Origin: Bacillota bacterium
GTDB taxonomy: Bacteria > Bacillota_I > Bacilli_A > RF39 > UBA660
Assembly (NCBI GenBank): GCA_015059195.1
Contig: SVAW01000002.1
Span: 31,304-95,303, forward strand
Length of the DNA: 64,000 nucleotides
Direction: 5' to 3'
The position numbers and the translations under genes were made by a program. Below the pieces are notes generated by a model, which had not been told where the DNA came from, made no database searches, and saw only the letters and a list, made by a program, of their open reading frames with translations. Positions 10,499 through 20,449 of this stretch are shown in pieces (within the stretch, counting starts at the first letter, position 1; each line of letters opens with the position of its first letter).

Positions 10499-11743
10499 TT
10501 AATTTGGCAAACAGGTTGAATCTGCACCATATATGTCTATTAAATTTAATACTAAATCCACTATCAATGGAAGCAAGAATAATATTATTACTGCAATTAT
10601 TCTCTTTAGGAAAGACGTTCCTGCTTTTTTCATAGCTTCTGCTTCCCCACTTCCTGCAGCTTGTAAGAAATCCACTACCCCTAATACTATCACTACAACT
10701 AGTACAATATACTTAACAAAATTTAATGCTCCACTTATCCACTCTCTAATTGACTCAGGTATTACTTCACAACCAGTCACTGGGTCACCTACATTTGGGG
10801 TATCAGGTTGATCATCAGGAGTTGGGTTAGTCCCTTGGTACTCAAAAATATTGTTATGATCACCTAACGATTCTCTATCATATGCAACGTGTAATACCAT
10901 ATCATCATCAACATATGCGTATACAGAATTTTCTGGTGGACAAACCCAATCCTTAAAATATTGACTGCGTCTTATAGCCGAAACATTTACTTCGTTCATC
11001 CATCCACTAACCACAATTCCTGTATATGTAGCGCTAACATTGTTTCTATCATGATAAGTAATCTCTATAGTCCTTTGATCATTTCCCACCGCTTTAGTAT
11101 AAGAACACTTTATAGGTGTTAAAACTTCTACCTCTGGAAGTTCTACACCAGGTTTTTCCTTAAGCATCATCATACCATTATAACTATCATATTTTAAAAG
11201 ATTAAAAACATCAGAAGCCCCTTCAGGATTAGTGGAAAACGCCCTATACCAAACGTTTACATTATCTTCAAATTTGCTCTCTGTAGCACTGGATGAATAA
11301 TACAGCTTTTCAGGGCAAGTGTAATAAGATAATCCTGAAGCTTCCTCTACAACTATAGGTGATTGCACCCCATTTACAACTACCTTATGTCCAGCATTTA
11401 AATTATCATCAGTAATATATGAGCCACTGTAAAAACCATTTGGTCCAAAATATGCAGTTACCATCGCAGTCATATAGTTAAAATCTGCAAAATAGTAGCA
11501 TGTGTATGACGATAGATTCTTATTTATTCCACAGTCTTTTTCTTCGATCCAAAGGCAATAATCATATCTGCGGCATTCACTTCTAGTAAAGACACAGCCA
11601 TCATCAGTATATCTTTTTTCAAACGCTAAAGGATCGTCTGAAGAATCGTCTGTTGAGCCACCAGCACTAACGTTTAAGGGTAACGCAACCATCAAAAGAA
11701 ATAACCATAATATACCAATCAATTTATTTTTCATTTTTACCAC
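10499..11743 (-). CDS. Secreted Cys-rich protein with a C-terminal VirB2-like two-helix membrane module
   Basis: Signal peptide MVKMKNKLIGILWLFLLMVALPLNVSA. A Cys-rich ectodomain of about 300 aa is followed by a Pro-rich linker. The last 93 aa (about 10499-10780) align with the module in the ORFs at 48798-49552 and 36424-37578. Confidence 0.6.
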   Translation of the reverse strand: MVKMKNKLIGILWLFLLMVALPLNVSAGGSTDDSSDDPLAFEKRYTDDGCVFTRSECRRYDYCLWIEEKDCGINKNLSSYTCYYFADFNYMTAMVTAYFGPNGFYSGSYITDDNLNAGHKVVVNGVQSPIVVEEASGLSYYTCPEKLYYSSSATESKFEDNVNVWYRAFSTNPEGASDVFNLLKYDSYNGMMMLKEKPGVELPEVEVLTPIKCSYTKAVGNDQRTIEITYHDRNNVSATYTGIVVSGWMNEVNVSAIRRSQYFKDWVCPPENSVYAYVDDDMVLHVAYDRESLGDHNNIFEYQGTNPTPDDQPDTPNVGDPVTGCEVIPESIREWISGALNFVKYIVLVVVIVLGVVDFLQAAGSGEAEAMKKAGTSFLKRIIAVIILFLLPLIVDLVLNLIDIYGADSTCLPN

Positions 11744-12479
11744 CTCTTAATTTTATTTGTTTTAAAATATATCTTCCAACATTTATTAATCCAGTTTCTA
11801 GACACAATAATATAAGACTACCTATTGTCAAATTTTTAGTCGCATATGATATTAACTCATGTTGTTTTATAGAATTAGATATCAACTGCCCCAACTCATT
11901 ATAATGTGTTCCAAAAATAAAGTTAAATAAATATGTGGATAAAATATAGCAAATCATATATACATAACTAATTACCATGTCTTCTTTATTATATTCTTTT
12001 TTTTCAAATATAGCAAACACTATATTTATTAAAAACACAACGTGGTGTAACATTAAAAAATTAACAAAAGAATAATTATTAATTCCTATATTGATTACAG
12101 GAAATATTATGGAAAGTAATGGGCCACAAAAAGCACAATAATAACACAGATTATATATTTTTTTGTTACCACTAAAACAATAAATAATAAAAAGCCAACT
12201 TGTCATATTACAGAAACCTAATGACAAATGATATCTCCAATTATATACACCATAATACAAAAATGAACCACGTCTAACAATATAAAACAAAAGCAAGATA
12301 ATTCCAAATGCTATTCTTATTTGTTTTTTACGTTTACTACTTATATTAGTAATGTTTGGTCGATTATATATTATGAATATGAATATAGCGAATGTAATAA
12401 CCAAAGATATTAAATGAAAGACGTTAAATATTTTAAATTGAAATGTACTCAAATTCTTGTTTAAGAAAAACTCCCTCAT
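11724..12479 (-). CDS. Polytopic integral membrane protein (possibly YwaF/TIGR02206-like)
   Basis: About 7 hydrophobic helices. It overlaps the start of the downstream 414-aa gene by 20 nt, which suggests translational coupling. Confidence 0.4.
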   Translation of the reverse strand: MREFFLNKNLSTFQFKIFNVFHLISLVITFAIFIFIIYNRPNITNISSKRKKQIRIAFGIILLLFYIVRRGSFLYYGVYNWRYHLSLGFCNMTSWLFIIYCFSGNKKIYNLCYYCAFCGPLLSIIFPVINIGINNYSFVNFLMLHHVVFLINIVFAIFEKKEYNKEDMVISYVYMICYILSTYLFNFIFGTHYNELGQLISNSIKQHELISYATKNLTIGSLILLCLETGLINVGRYILKQIKLRGGKNEK

Positions 12480-12530
12480 ATATCCTCCACTATTATCTTA
12501 ATTTTACAACAAAAAAAATAAGTATACAAC

Positions 12531-13559
12531 TTATTTTTGTTTATTTATAATTTCTTCTTGTTTCTTTTTGTCCAAAATATCATAATATTCACGAACTTTT
12601 TGTTCTAACTCCGCATAAAGTTTAGTGTTCGTTTTTAACAGTTCTTTAACTGTCTCCCTACCTTGCCCTAGCTTTTCACCATTATATGCATACCACGCCC
12701 CACTTTTCTCAACAATATTTGCGTCAACTGCCATATCAACAACTTCACCAGTTTTAGAAATTCCTTCACCATAAGCTATTTCTAAGCTACATGCTTTAAA
12801 TGGCGGAGCCATTTTGTTTTTAACAACCTTAATATTAGTCTTATTTCCTACAATATCATTGCCGAGTTTAATTTGTTCACCTTTTCTAATTTCTAATCTT
12901 ATTGACGAATAAAATTTTAAAGCTCGTCCACCAGGAGTAACTTCTGGGTTCCCAAAGATAACCCCTACCTTTTCACGCAATTGATTTAGAAAAATACATA
13001 CTGTATTAGTTTTATTAATAATTCCTGAAAGCTTACGTAAAGCCTGGCTCATAAGTCTTGCTTGAAGTCCTACATGTGAATCTCCCATTTCGCCCTCGAT
13101 TTCTGCCTGTGGAACAAGTGCAGCAACAGAATCAATTACAATAATTCCAATCGCACCACTACGTACTAATGCTTCACATATTTCTAATGCTTGTTCACCA
13201 TTATCTGGTTGTGATAATAATAATTCATTAATATTAACGCCAATTTTTGAAGCATATTGTGGATCTAAAGCATGTTCTGCATCAATAAATGCAGCTCGCC
13301 CACCTTTTTTTTGAATTTCTGCAATAGCATGTAATGCAAAGGTTGTTTTACCACTTGACTCTGGCCCAAAAATTTCAATAATCCTCCCCTTAGGATATCC
13401 ACCAATTCCTAAAGCTACATCTAAACTAATTGAACCACTTGAAACCACATCTATTTCTCTATGTTCATTGTCTCCAAGTTTCATAACAGCGCCCTTACCA
13501 AATTGTTTTTCTATATCTAATAATACTTGATCTAACGTTTTGTCACCTGATGTTTTCAT
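12531..13559 (-). CDS. recA: Recombinase RecA
   Basis: Walker [10 protein letters not shown] and canonical RecA sequence throughout. Confidence 0.98.
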   Translation of the reverse strand: MKTSGDKTLDQVLLDIEKQFGKGAVMKLGDNEHREIDVVSSGSISLDVALGIGGYPKGRIIEIFGPESSGKTTFALHAIAEIQKKGGRAAFIDAEHALDPQYASKIGVNINELLLSQPDNGEQALEICEALVRSGAIGIIVIDSVAALVPQAEIEGEMGDSHVGLQARLMSQALRKLSGIINKTNTVCIFLNQLREKVGVIFGNPEVTPGGRALKFYSSIRLEIRKGEQIKLGNDIVGNKTNIKVVKNKMAPPFKACSLEIAYGEGISKTGEVVDMAVDANIVEKSGAWYAYNGEKLGQGRETVKELLKTNTKLYAELEQKVREYYDILDKKKQEEIINKQK

Positions 13560-13587
13560 TATTCATCCTCCTAACATCTACAATATA

Positions 13588-13639
13588 ATTGTATAATAGC
13601 AATATTTTTTTGTCAATAGTTAATTCGAACATTTGTTTG
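13588..13639 (-). promoter_or_regulatory. recA promoter with a candidate LexA (Cheo/SOS) box
   Basis: The minus strand has TTGACA (13611-13616), a 17-nt spacer, then TACAAT (13588-13593). Nine nt upstream of the -35 lies CAAACAAATGTTCG (13626-13639), one mismatch from the CGAAC-N4-GTTCG palindrome. Confidence 0.45.
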
Positions 13640-13714
13640 TTTTCTCCGGAATTTGTAATTTTTTAACTGGAATATTTAAAATTAGCTAAACAAAAAAAAA
13701 GGAATTAACCTTTT

Positions 13715-14308
13715 TTATTCGCTCAAAATTAATTTTTTATTTAAGCTATAATACTCTACTGCAGATACAATTGAAAGTACACATGCTATAATCAATAATA
13801 TATCTGAAATTCTAATATTCCATAATTCAAATGGCATATTATAAAATAACGTTAGAGAAATGCCAACCATCATAAAAATTGTTTTTACTTTCCCAGTTTT
13901 AATTGCCCCTACGACTTTTCCTTTATTTCCCGCAATCATTTTTATTATATCTACAATAGTATCACGCGATACTATTATTACAGGAATTATTGGATGAATA
14001 AATCCGCTGGTTGCCAAAATAATTAAAATCGAATTTACTAATACTTTGTCTGCAATTGCATCTAACATTTTTCCCAGGTCCGTTACCATTTGATACTTGC
14101 GAGCAATATATCCATCAACAAAATCTGTTAATGACGCTATAACAAATAAAACCCCTGCAATTAAATATTTAATGTCAATTACTAATGATTCGTTTACAAA
14201 CAGCTGTGGAATAGTAATTCCTGCCGAATCAAACGGAAATATTAAAAAAGCTATAATTATTATTGACAATATAATTCTACACAAAGTAATTCTATTAGGC
14301 AAATTCAT
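13715..14308 (-). CDS. pgsA: CDP-diacylglycerol--glycerol-3-phosphate 3-phosphatidyltransferase
   Basis: CDP-alcohol phosphatidyltransferase motif DFVDGYIARKYQMVTDLGKMLDAIADK. The ATG at 14308 follows AGGAGG. Confidence 0.9.
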   Translation of the reverse strand: MNLPNRITLCRIILSIIIIAFLIFPFDSAGITIPQLFVNESLVIDIKYLIAGVLFVIASLTDFVDGYIARKYQMVTDLGKMLDAIADKVLVNSILIILATSGFIHPIIPVIIVSRDTIVDIIKMIAGNKGKVVGAIKTGKVKTIFMMVGISLTLFYNMPFELWNIRISDILLIIACVLSIVSAVEYYSLNKKLILSE

Positions 14309-14318
14309 ATTATTCCTC

Positions 14319-14798
14319 CTATTTAGTGACATAGCTCATAACTATAGCTTCATTGTCATCATTATCTTGTTTTGTAAATTCAACAATAACAAAGATTAAA
14401 ATTAGTACTAAAATAACCACTAAAGCTATATATGCAGCATAGGTAAAGATTGAAATTTTACTTTTTCTCTCAATTGTGTATGGCGATTTAACCACATTTT
14501 CTTCTGGCTTAACTAATTCTTTCGCCTGTTTGATATCTTCTAATGATATCTTAGAGGTATAATCAAATAAATACTCATTAAACTCACTTACTAAATCTTC
14601 TTTATTTAATCCTAGATATTTAGAATAATCTCTAATAAGATATTTTAAATAATAAATATCTTTGAAATTTTCCATATCTCCATTCTCTAAATTTTCAATT
14701 TGGCTAACTTCTAATTTTAAGTCTTCGGCAGCTTCACTGGTACTAATGCCCATAGCTTCTCGAGCTTCTTTTAGCTTTTCACCAATCTCTTTCATCAT
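14319..14798 (-). CDS. rodZ: RodZ-like cytoskeleton protein (XRE-type HTH plus TM segment)
   Basis: HTH MKEIGEKLKEAREAMGISTSEAAEDLKLEVSQIENLENG followed by a single TM segment. It sits upstream of pgsA-recA, as B. subtilis ymfM does. The longer ORF in the track (to 14873) would run into the RNase P RNA. Confidence 0.65.
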   Translation of the reverse strand: MMKEIGEKLKEAREAMGISTSEAAEDLKLEVSQIENLENGDMENFKDIYYLKYLIRDYSKYLGLNKEDLVSEFNEYLFDYTSKISLEDIKQAKELVKPEENVVKSPYTIERKSKISIFTYAAYIALVVILVLILIFVIVEFTKQDNDDNEAIVMSYVTK

Positions 14799-14826
14799 GA
14801 TCCTACTTTCTAAATAAATAAAAAAA

Positions 14827-15172
14827 TAAATCTTATAAGCCATGTTCTGTACTTCCTTAGAAGCGACAAACATTTATCTATCGAATACTCGATCCCATAG
14901 AAAATTCGTTTCTTCTCTATTAGGTTCCCCTACCATAATTTGGGTTTCTCGCTCGTGGGGTTTACCGCGTTCCACTTCTTTTATTTCTAAAAGAATTCGT
15001 CTCTTTGGCACTTTATGTCTAATATAACCATATCTATAGACTTAGGTTAATTCAACGCCGTTAGTTAAACTACCATCGGTTATTTTTTCCCGATGCACGA
15101 ACACTACTATCATCACAGATAGTGCGAGCATGGACTTTCCTCTACTTTAAAAGCAGCGTTTGTCAAGATTTA
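14827..15172 (-). ncRNA. rnpB: RNase P RNA, type B
   Basis: The minus strand contains GTAGAGGAAAGTCCATGCTCGCAC, GTAGTGTTCGTGC, AAAGTGCCAAAGAGACGAA, GTGGAACGCGGTAAACCCCACGAGCGAGAAACCCAAATTATGGTAGGGGAACC and ACAGAACATGGCTTA. These nearly match B. subtilis rnpB blocks. P1 pairing joins AAATCTT (5') to AAGATTT (3'). Ends are accurate to about 10 nt. Confidence 0.92.
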
Positions 15173-15502
15173 TTCTCTACCATAAATAATTTTTTCTAAA
15201 TTAGATAGTCTCCTTAATACATCAGCAGTATTAGTTCCATTAGACTCGGTATTATCACCTGTTCTAATTACGTCTAATTTAGTAGATAATGTGCGTAATT
15301 CCTGTTTTAAGCGAATATTATCATCCACCAAAGCTTTTTTTTCACTTTCTAGTTCTTTTATAACCGCAGACATTTCTTCGTAATCGCGAATAATTACATC
15401 TAAAAACTTATCTACTTCTTGAGGACGATATCCCCTAGTATCAATCTTAAATTCTTTATCTAAAATATCCTGAACTGTAAGCAAAATTCTTTCCTGATAC
15501 AT
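15170..15502 (-). CDS. gpsB: Cell-cycle protein GpsB (DivIVA-domain)
   Basis: ILDKEFKIDTRGYRPQEVDKFLDVIIRDYE is the DivIVA/GpsB N-domain. The gene is adjacent to rnpB and recU-ponA, as in Bacillus. Confidence 0.85.
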   Translation of the reverse strand: MYQERILLTVQDILDKEFKIDTRGYRPQEVDKFLDVIIRDYEEMSAVIKELESEKKALVDDNIRLKQELRTLSTKLDVIRTGDNTESNGTNTADVLRRLSNLEKIIYGRE

Positions 15503-15577
15503 AAATTACACCTCTCTTTTTATCCGAGATAATTATCTCAAAAAAAACGTTACTTGTCAATGAGTAACGTTCTTTTA

Positions 15578-16678
15578 CTATTTTATAATATATGGGTTTC
15601 CTTTTGTTCCTTCTCCACTTTCAAATAGCACATTATTACTTAAATATACTGTTGGTCTTAATGCCTTATCAGCTGACGCATCAGATATAGAATATCCAGC
15701 TCTGCTAACAGAGAACACTCTATAACTTTTTTCTTTTTGACCATTTAATGTCCAACTTGAAAGGCTTGAATTCATTAAATAATTGTAATTTTCACAAGAA
15801 CGATCATCCAAATCATTACAATTAGCATCTGTGCTTGCCACAACATAATCTATAGCATACGGTAATCCGAACAATTGATTTGAAATCACAATTTCGCATT
15901 CTTCATCAATGTTAAATTCTAAATTGGAACCGCTTCTTTTTCCAACACAAATATTTCTATAAGCCATCTTCGCCTTTGCATCTTCAGAAAGATATACATT
16001 ACCTTGTTCTAGCATTAATAAAGATTGTTTAATTCGACTTAAATCGTAATTATTTATTCCAATGTTTCCATCCTTATCTACATTATAACGATCATCCCAT
16101 ACATAAGTTTCTTCCATGTCTTCTGTTGCTTTATCTACATATATTAATCTCAAATATCCTTCACTATCAATATCTAAAATTCTCCATAAAAATTCATCAA
16201 TTTTTACGTAATTATTGATATATTCACCCTTAAATTTATTTACATTGCCAATTAAATATAACCCGTCACCTTCAGTAACTATTGGATTATTAGCAGTAAT
16301 AACATCAACGAATTTTTTTGTTTGATAATCATCTCCGCAGCTTAACATAGGTGAATATAAATATCTTGTTCCATTTTTAGTTACTATTACTTTACCAGTA
16401 CAATCTACTCCCTCAGGCACCATGTCTGATACTTGACTTAAATATTTACCATTAACTAAGGTACTAGTATCAACTGTAACACTCGATCCTTCTAATTGTG
16501 GTAATAAATTTTCATTACTAGAATAATAAGATTGAGCTGCAGTAATCATTTTATCCTCTACCTGAGAATAAGATAATTTCTTACCTCCTAGCCAATTTAC
16601 AATAGCAACTACTATAATAATAGCGACCATAACTCCCATAAAACCAGTCAAAATATAAATCAATTTCTTTTTATCCAT
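15578..16678 (-). CDS. N-terminally anchored surface protein (paralog family with 32159-33691)
   Basis: TM anchor, then the module ...AAQSYYSSNENLLPQLEGSSVTVDTSTLVNGKYLS...LYSPMLSCGD, which is shared with the 510-aa ORF. The C-terminus ...ALRPTVYLSNN... resembles that of the ORF at 1373-2107. Confidence 0.5.
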   Translation of the reverse strand: MDKKKLIYILTGFMGVMVAIIIVVAIVNWLGGKKLSYSQVEDKMITAAQSYYSSNENLLPQLEGSSVTVDTSTLVNGKYLSQVSDMVPEGVDCTGKVIVTKNGTRYLYSPMLSCGDDYQTKKFVDVITANNPIVTEGDGLYLIGNVNKFKGEYINNYVKIDEFLWRILDIDSEGYLRLIYVDKATEDMEETYVWDDRYNVDKDGNIGINNYDLSRIKQSLLMLEQGNVYLSEDAKAKMAYRNICVGKRSGSNLEFNIDEECEIVISNQLFGLPYAIDYVVASTDANCNDLDDRSCENYNYLMNSSLSSWTLNGQKEKSYRVFSVSRAGYSISDASADKALRPTVYLSNNVLFESGEGTKGNPYIIK

Positions 16679-16990
16679 ACAAAAACCTCCATATTGATAA
16701 TTTCAGTATAGCAAAAAAAGAATCTTTTAGCAAGTTTATTCACCATTTTTAAAGATATTTCTTGTATAAACTTTTGAATATATATCAACATAGCGTACAT
16801 CTTCAATCATCTCGTTAAAAATACTATCTATATGATGTGTTTTCATCTATTCACCTCAAATATAATCTAGCATTTTTAAAAGTATTCGTGTTGTGATTCG
16901 ACAAAACTAGTGAATAATAGACTAAAGCAAGCAGAAATAAATATAGATATATTTACAAAAATATAGTATAATTATTTAAGGTGATAAAAT

Positions 16991-17551
16991 ATGAATTACC
17001 CATCAGGAATTAACAGAGCTTTTAAAGGACAAACAAAATACAGCAATAGAGGGATGAGTTTAGAAGACGATATAAACTACACCAACGAATATTATTTGCA
17101 AAATGATATTGCGGTAATCTATAAAAAGCCCACCCCAATCACTATAGTAAATGTTGATTATCATTCTAGAAAAGACGCAGTAATTACAAAAGCATATTTT
17201 AAAACACCTTCTACAACCGACTATAATGGAATATATAAGAGTAGATATATTGATTTTGAGGCTAAAGAAACCAAAAGTTTAACTAGCTTTCCTATTGCAA
17301 ATATCCACAGACACCAAATCAAACATTTAAATAAGGTGTATAACCACGGTGGAATTGCATTCTTAATTATTAGGTTTAGTAAGCTAGAGGAAACCTTTTT
17401 AATAACTTACGATACTTTGCAAAAATACTTAGACAGTTATAACAAAAAATCGATTTCATTAGCTTATATAAAAGAAAATGGTTATCCACTATCTACCAAA
17501 TATAATCCTAGACTTGATTATTTAAGCATAATTGATAAAATATATTTTTAA
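16991..17551 (+). CDS. recU: Holliday junction resolvase RecU
   Basis: Contains DYNGIYKSRYIDFEAKET...HQIKHL, and the recU-ponA gene pair is conserved. Confidence 0.9.
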   Translation: MNYPSGINRAFKGQTKYSNRGMSLEDDINYTNEYYLQNDIAVIYKKPTPITIVNVDYHSRKDAVITKAYFKTPSTTDYNGIYKSRYIDFEAKETKSLTSFPIANIHRHQIKHLNKVYNHGGIAFLIIRFSKLEETFLITYDTLQKYLDSYNKKSISLAYIKENGYPLSTKYNPRLDYLSIIDKIYF

Positions 17552-17562
17552 GGAGACATATT

Positions 17563-20445
17563 ATGAGAAAGAAATTTAATTTTAAAAAGTTTATAATTAA
17601 TTTGTTCAAAAACAAATTTAATATTTTTATAATTTTAATTAGTATTATAGGAATCATCTTAGGAAGCAAGTTTTTGGGATTATTACCTGCATCCATTTTA
17701 TTTATCGTTTTTGATATCGTGATGTTTTTATTAAATGCATTCCTCACGACAGGAACAAAAAAACAAAAACAAAAGAAACGCAAAATATTTTTAATAGCCA
17801 TACTATCTATGTTCATCTTGGCTTTAATAGCTATTGGAGTATTTATAATAATTATCATTAAAGAGGCACCAGAATTTAATGCAGAAAACTTATTCACAAA
17901 AGAAGCTACCATACTTTACGACAAAGACGGTGAAATTATAACTAAATTAGGTAGTGAAAAACGTGTTAAAATCACTTATGAAGATTTACCTCAAGTATTA
18001 ATTGACGCAATAATCGCTACAGAAGATTCTAGATTTTATGAACACAATGGTTTTGATGCTTTAAGATTTTTAAAAGCTTCTGCGACTCAACTTGCTGGGC
18101 AAGGTGGTGGCGGCGCTTCCACAATTACAATGCAAGTTGCTAAAAATGCTTATACCTCACCAGTTAGTAATGGTTGGGAAGGAATCAAAAGAAAATTTAC
18201 AGATATATACTTATCAATTTTTAAAATAGAAAAAACTTATACTAAAGAAGAGATTTTAGAATTTTATGTAAACTCTTATTATATGGGTGGCGGTGCTTAC
18301 GGAGTTGAGCAGGCATGCCAAAACTACTTTGGAAAAAGTGTATCAGAAATTAACCTTTCTGAAGCTGCTATGATTGCTGGTTTATTTAAAGGGGGAAATG
18401 CATACGATCCTTACCTTTACCCAGACAATACCGAAGCTAGACGTAAAACAGTGCTAGCCCTAATGTTAAGACACGGATATATTTCTGAAGAAGAAAAACA
18501 AATAGCTGAAGAATTAACTGTCGATGATATTGTAATTAAGAAAAATTCTAGTGAAAATAGTGCCTTCTACGCATATCAAAGTTACATTGATACTGTTGTA
18601 GAGGAAGTAAAAAAATTAACAAAAGAATTAACCGGAGAAGAGCAAAATCCATATTCAGTTCCGATGATTATCTATACTAATATGGATAGAGAAAAACAAG
18701 AATATTTAGATGACATTATGAATGGTGTCACTTATAAATGGGAAAATGACGTTGTTCAAGCAGGAGTTGTTGTTACTGATACTAACACAGGTGCTATTGT
18801 AGCAATTGGTGGAGGACGAAATAAAAATACTATTGGTTCTTTAAACTATGCTACAATGATTAAAAACCAAATTGGTTCTACCGCAAAACCTTTATATGAT
18901 TATGCCCCTGCATTTGAATATTTAAATTGGTCTCCCGCAGAAATAATAGTTGATGAAAAACATTCTTACTCTGCTGGTGGAAATCTAAACAACTGGGATG
19001 GAGAGTATGAGGGATATATGACTTTGCGTCAAGCGTTAAAAGTATCTAGAAATACCCCTGCATTAAAAACCTTCCAAAAATTATCATCTAATCAAATAAA
19101 ACAATTCGTTTTAAACTTAAATTTAAGTCCAGAAATATCTGGGAATGGAATTCATGAAGCACATTCCGTAGGCGGATATAATGGTGAATCTCCATTAAGT
19201 ATGGCTGCAGCTTACGCCGCGTTTGCCAACGGTGGAACTTATATCGAGCCACACAGTGTTTCTAAAATTGCATATCCGGAAACAGATCAGGAAATCATTG
19301 TTACTTCAAAGACGCAAAAAGCAATGTCTGATGCAACTGCATATATGATTACCGATATTCTAATGGATACAGCAATATATACAACTGGAGCTAACAAGGT
19401 TAACGGGGTTTCATATGCAAATAAGACTGGAACTACAAACTTTAGCTCAGCAGACAAAAAAAAATATAACTTACCAGCCAATGCCGTTAATGATTTATGG
19501 GTGGCAGGCTATTCTAGAGATTATGCTGTAGCACTATGGTATGGATACGATAAAATTTATAGCGAATATAATAATAAGTTATCATCTGGACAAAACACAA
19601 GATTATTTAAAGCAGTGATTAAAGGAGTTTTAGATGGTAGAGAAACATTTACAATGCCAAATAGTGTGGTAGAAGTAAATGTTGAAATCGGAACAGCAAC
19701 TCCTCTGCTAGCAATTGATGGTTTAACACCACAAGATTTAATTACTACTGAGGTATTTAAACAAGGTACCGAGCCTACCGAAACATCAACTAGATTTGCA
19801 CAATTAAAAAACGTTAAAAATTTAAAAGCTATTACAGTAGATAATCAAGTAACATTATCATGGGATGCAATAACTTCTGCAACAATCGATGAGGCAGCAA
19901 TCAGGCAAGAATTTGCCCCTATCTTCTATACAGAAGAAGCTTTAAATGAATTTATCGCACAAAGATTAGAATATAATAATACTAACATCGGTACTATAAG
20001 TTATGACATTTATAAAAGGGAAGCTGATGGAAACTTAACTTTAATTGCTAATACTAGTGATACTTCATATACGACTACAGTTACAGAAGAATCAACCACA
20101 TTTATAGTTAAAACTAGCTATACTATTTATAAAGCAAATGCAAGTTCAGGTTCTGAAACAACAGTATCTGCAACACTTAATCAATCTATTATCACAGCAC
20201 AAATAAACGGTGAAGATAATATTCAATTGTTTATTAATACGCCATATACAGAACCTAATAATCCTGTAGTTGTTTTAGAAAATATGATTGATGTAACAGA
20301 CCAAGCCGTAATAACTACTACAATAGAAGGACCGTCATCTACTATTGATACTTCTATTGAAGGAACATACACCATTAAATATCATATTTCTTACAATGGA
20401 TATACAGATGAATTAATAAAAACCATCCAAGTAAAAAATAGTTAG
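17563..20445 (+). CDS. ponA: Bifunctional class A penicillin-binding protein (PBP1A) with a long C-terminal extension
   Basis: Glycosyltransferase motifs EDSRFYEHNG and GASTITMQ. Transpeptidase motifs STAKP, SRN and KTGT. About 270 extra C-terminal residues. Confidence 0.93.
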   Translation: MRKKFNFKKFIINLFKNKFNIFIILISIIGIILGSKFLGLLPASILFIVFDIVMFLLNAFLTTGTKKQKQKKRKIFLIAILSMFILALIAIGVFIIIIIKEAPEFNAENLFTKEATILYDKDGEIITKLGSEKRVKITYEDLPQVLIDAIIATEDSRFYEHNGFDALRFLKASATQLAGQGGGGASTITMQVAKNAYTSPVSNGWEGIKRKFTDIYLSIFKIEKTYTKEEILEFYVNSYYMGGGAYGVEQACQNYFGKSVSEINLSEAAMIAGLFKGGNAYDPYLYPDNTEARRKTVLALMLRHGYISEEEKQIAEELTVDDIVIKKNSSENSAFYAYQSYIDTVVEEVKKLTKELTGEEQNPYSVPMIIYTNMDREKQEYLDDIMNGVTYKWENDVVQAGVVVTDTNTGAIVAIGGGRNKNTIGSLNYATMIKNQIGSTAKPLYDYAPAFEYLNWSPAEIIVDEKHSYSAGGNLNNWDGEYEGYMTLRQALKVSRNTPALKTFQKLSSNQIKQFVLNLNLSPEISGNGIHEAHSVGGYNGESPLSMAAAYAAFANGGTYIEPHSVSKIAYPETDQEIIVTSKTQKAMSDATAYMITDILMDTAIYTTGANKVNGVSYANKTGTTNFSSADKKKYNLPANAVNDLWVAGYSRDYAVALWYGYDKIYSEYNNKLSSGQNTRLFKAVIKGVLDGRETFTMPNSVVEVNVEIGTATPLLAIDGLTPQDLITTEVFKQGTEPTETSTRFAQLKNVKNLKAITVDNQVTLSWDAITSATIDEAAIRQEFAPIFYTEEALNEFIAQRLEYNNTNIGTISYDIYKREADGNLTLIANTSDTSYTTTVTEESTTFIVKTSYTIYKANASSGSETTVSATLNQSIITAQINGEDNIQLFINTPYTEPNNPVVVLENMIDVTDQAVITTTIEGPSSTIDTSIEGTYTIKYHISYNGYTDELIKTIQVKNS

Positions 20446-20449
20446 AATT

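Noticed and set aside
14842-15027. A 61-aa plus-strand ORF, and the N-terminal extension of the rodZ-like ORF (14799-14873)
   Set aside because: Both overlap the RNase P RNA, whose conserved blocks are unambiguous. The rodZ-like start was therefore moved to 14798.
16737-16850. 36-codon minus-strand ORF (MKTHHIDSIFNEMIEDVRYVDIYSKVYTRNIFKNGE) in the gpsB-side intergenic region upstream of recU
   Set aside because: It is very short, has no clear RBS and has no recognisable motif. It cannot be supported from sequence alone.
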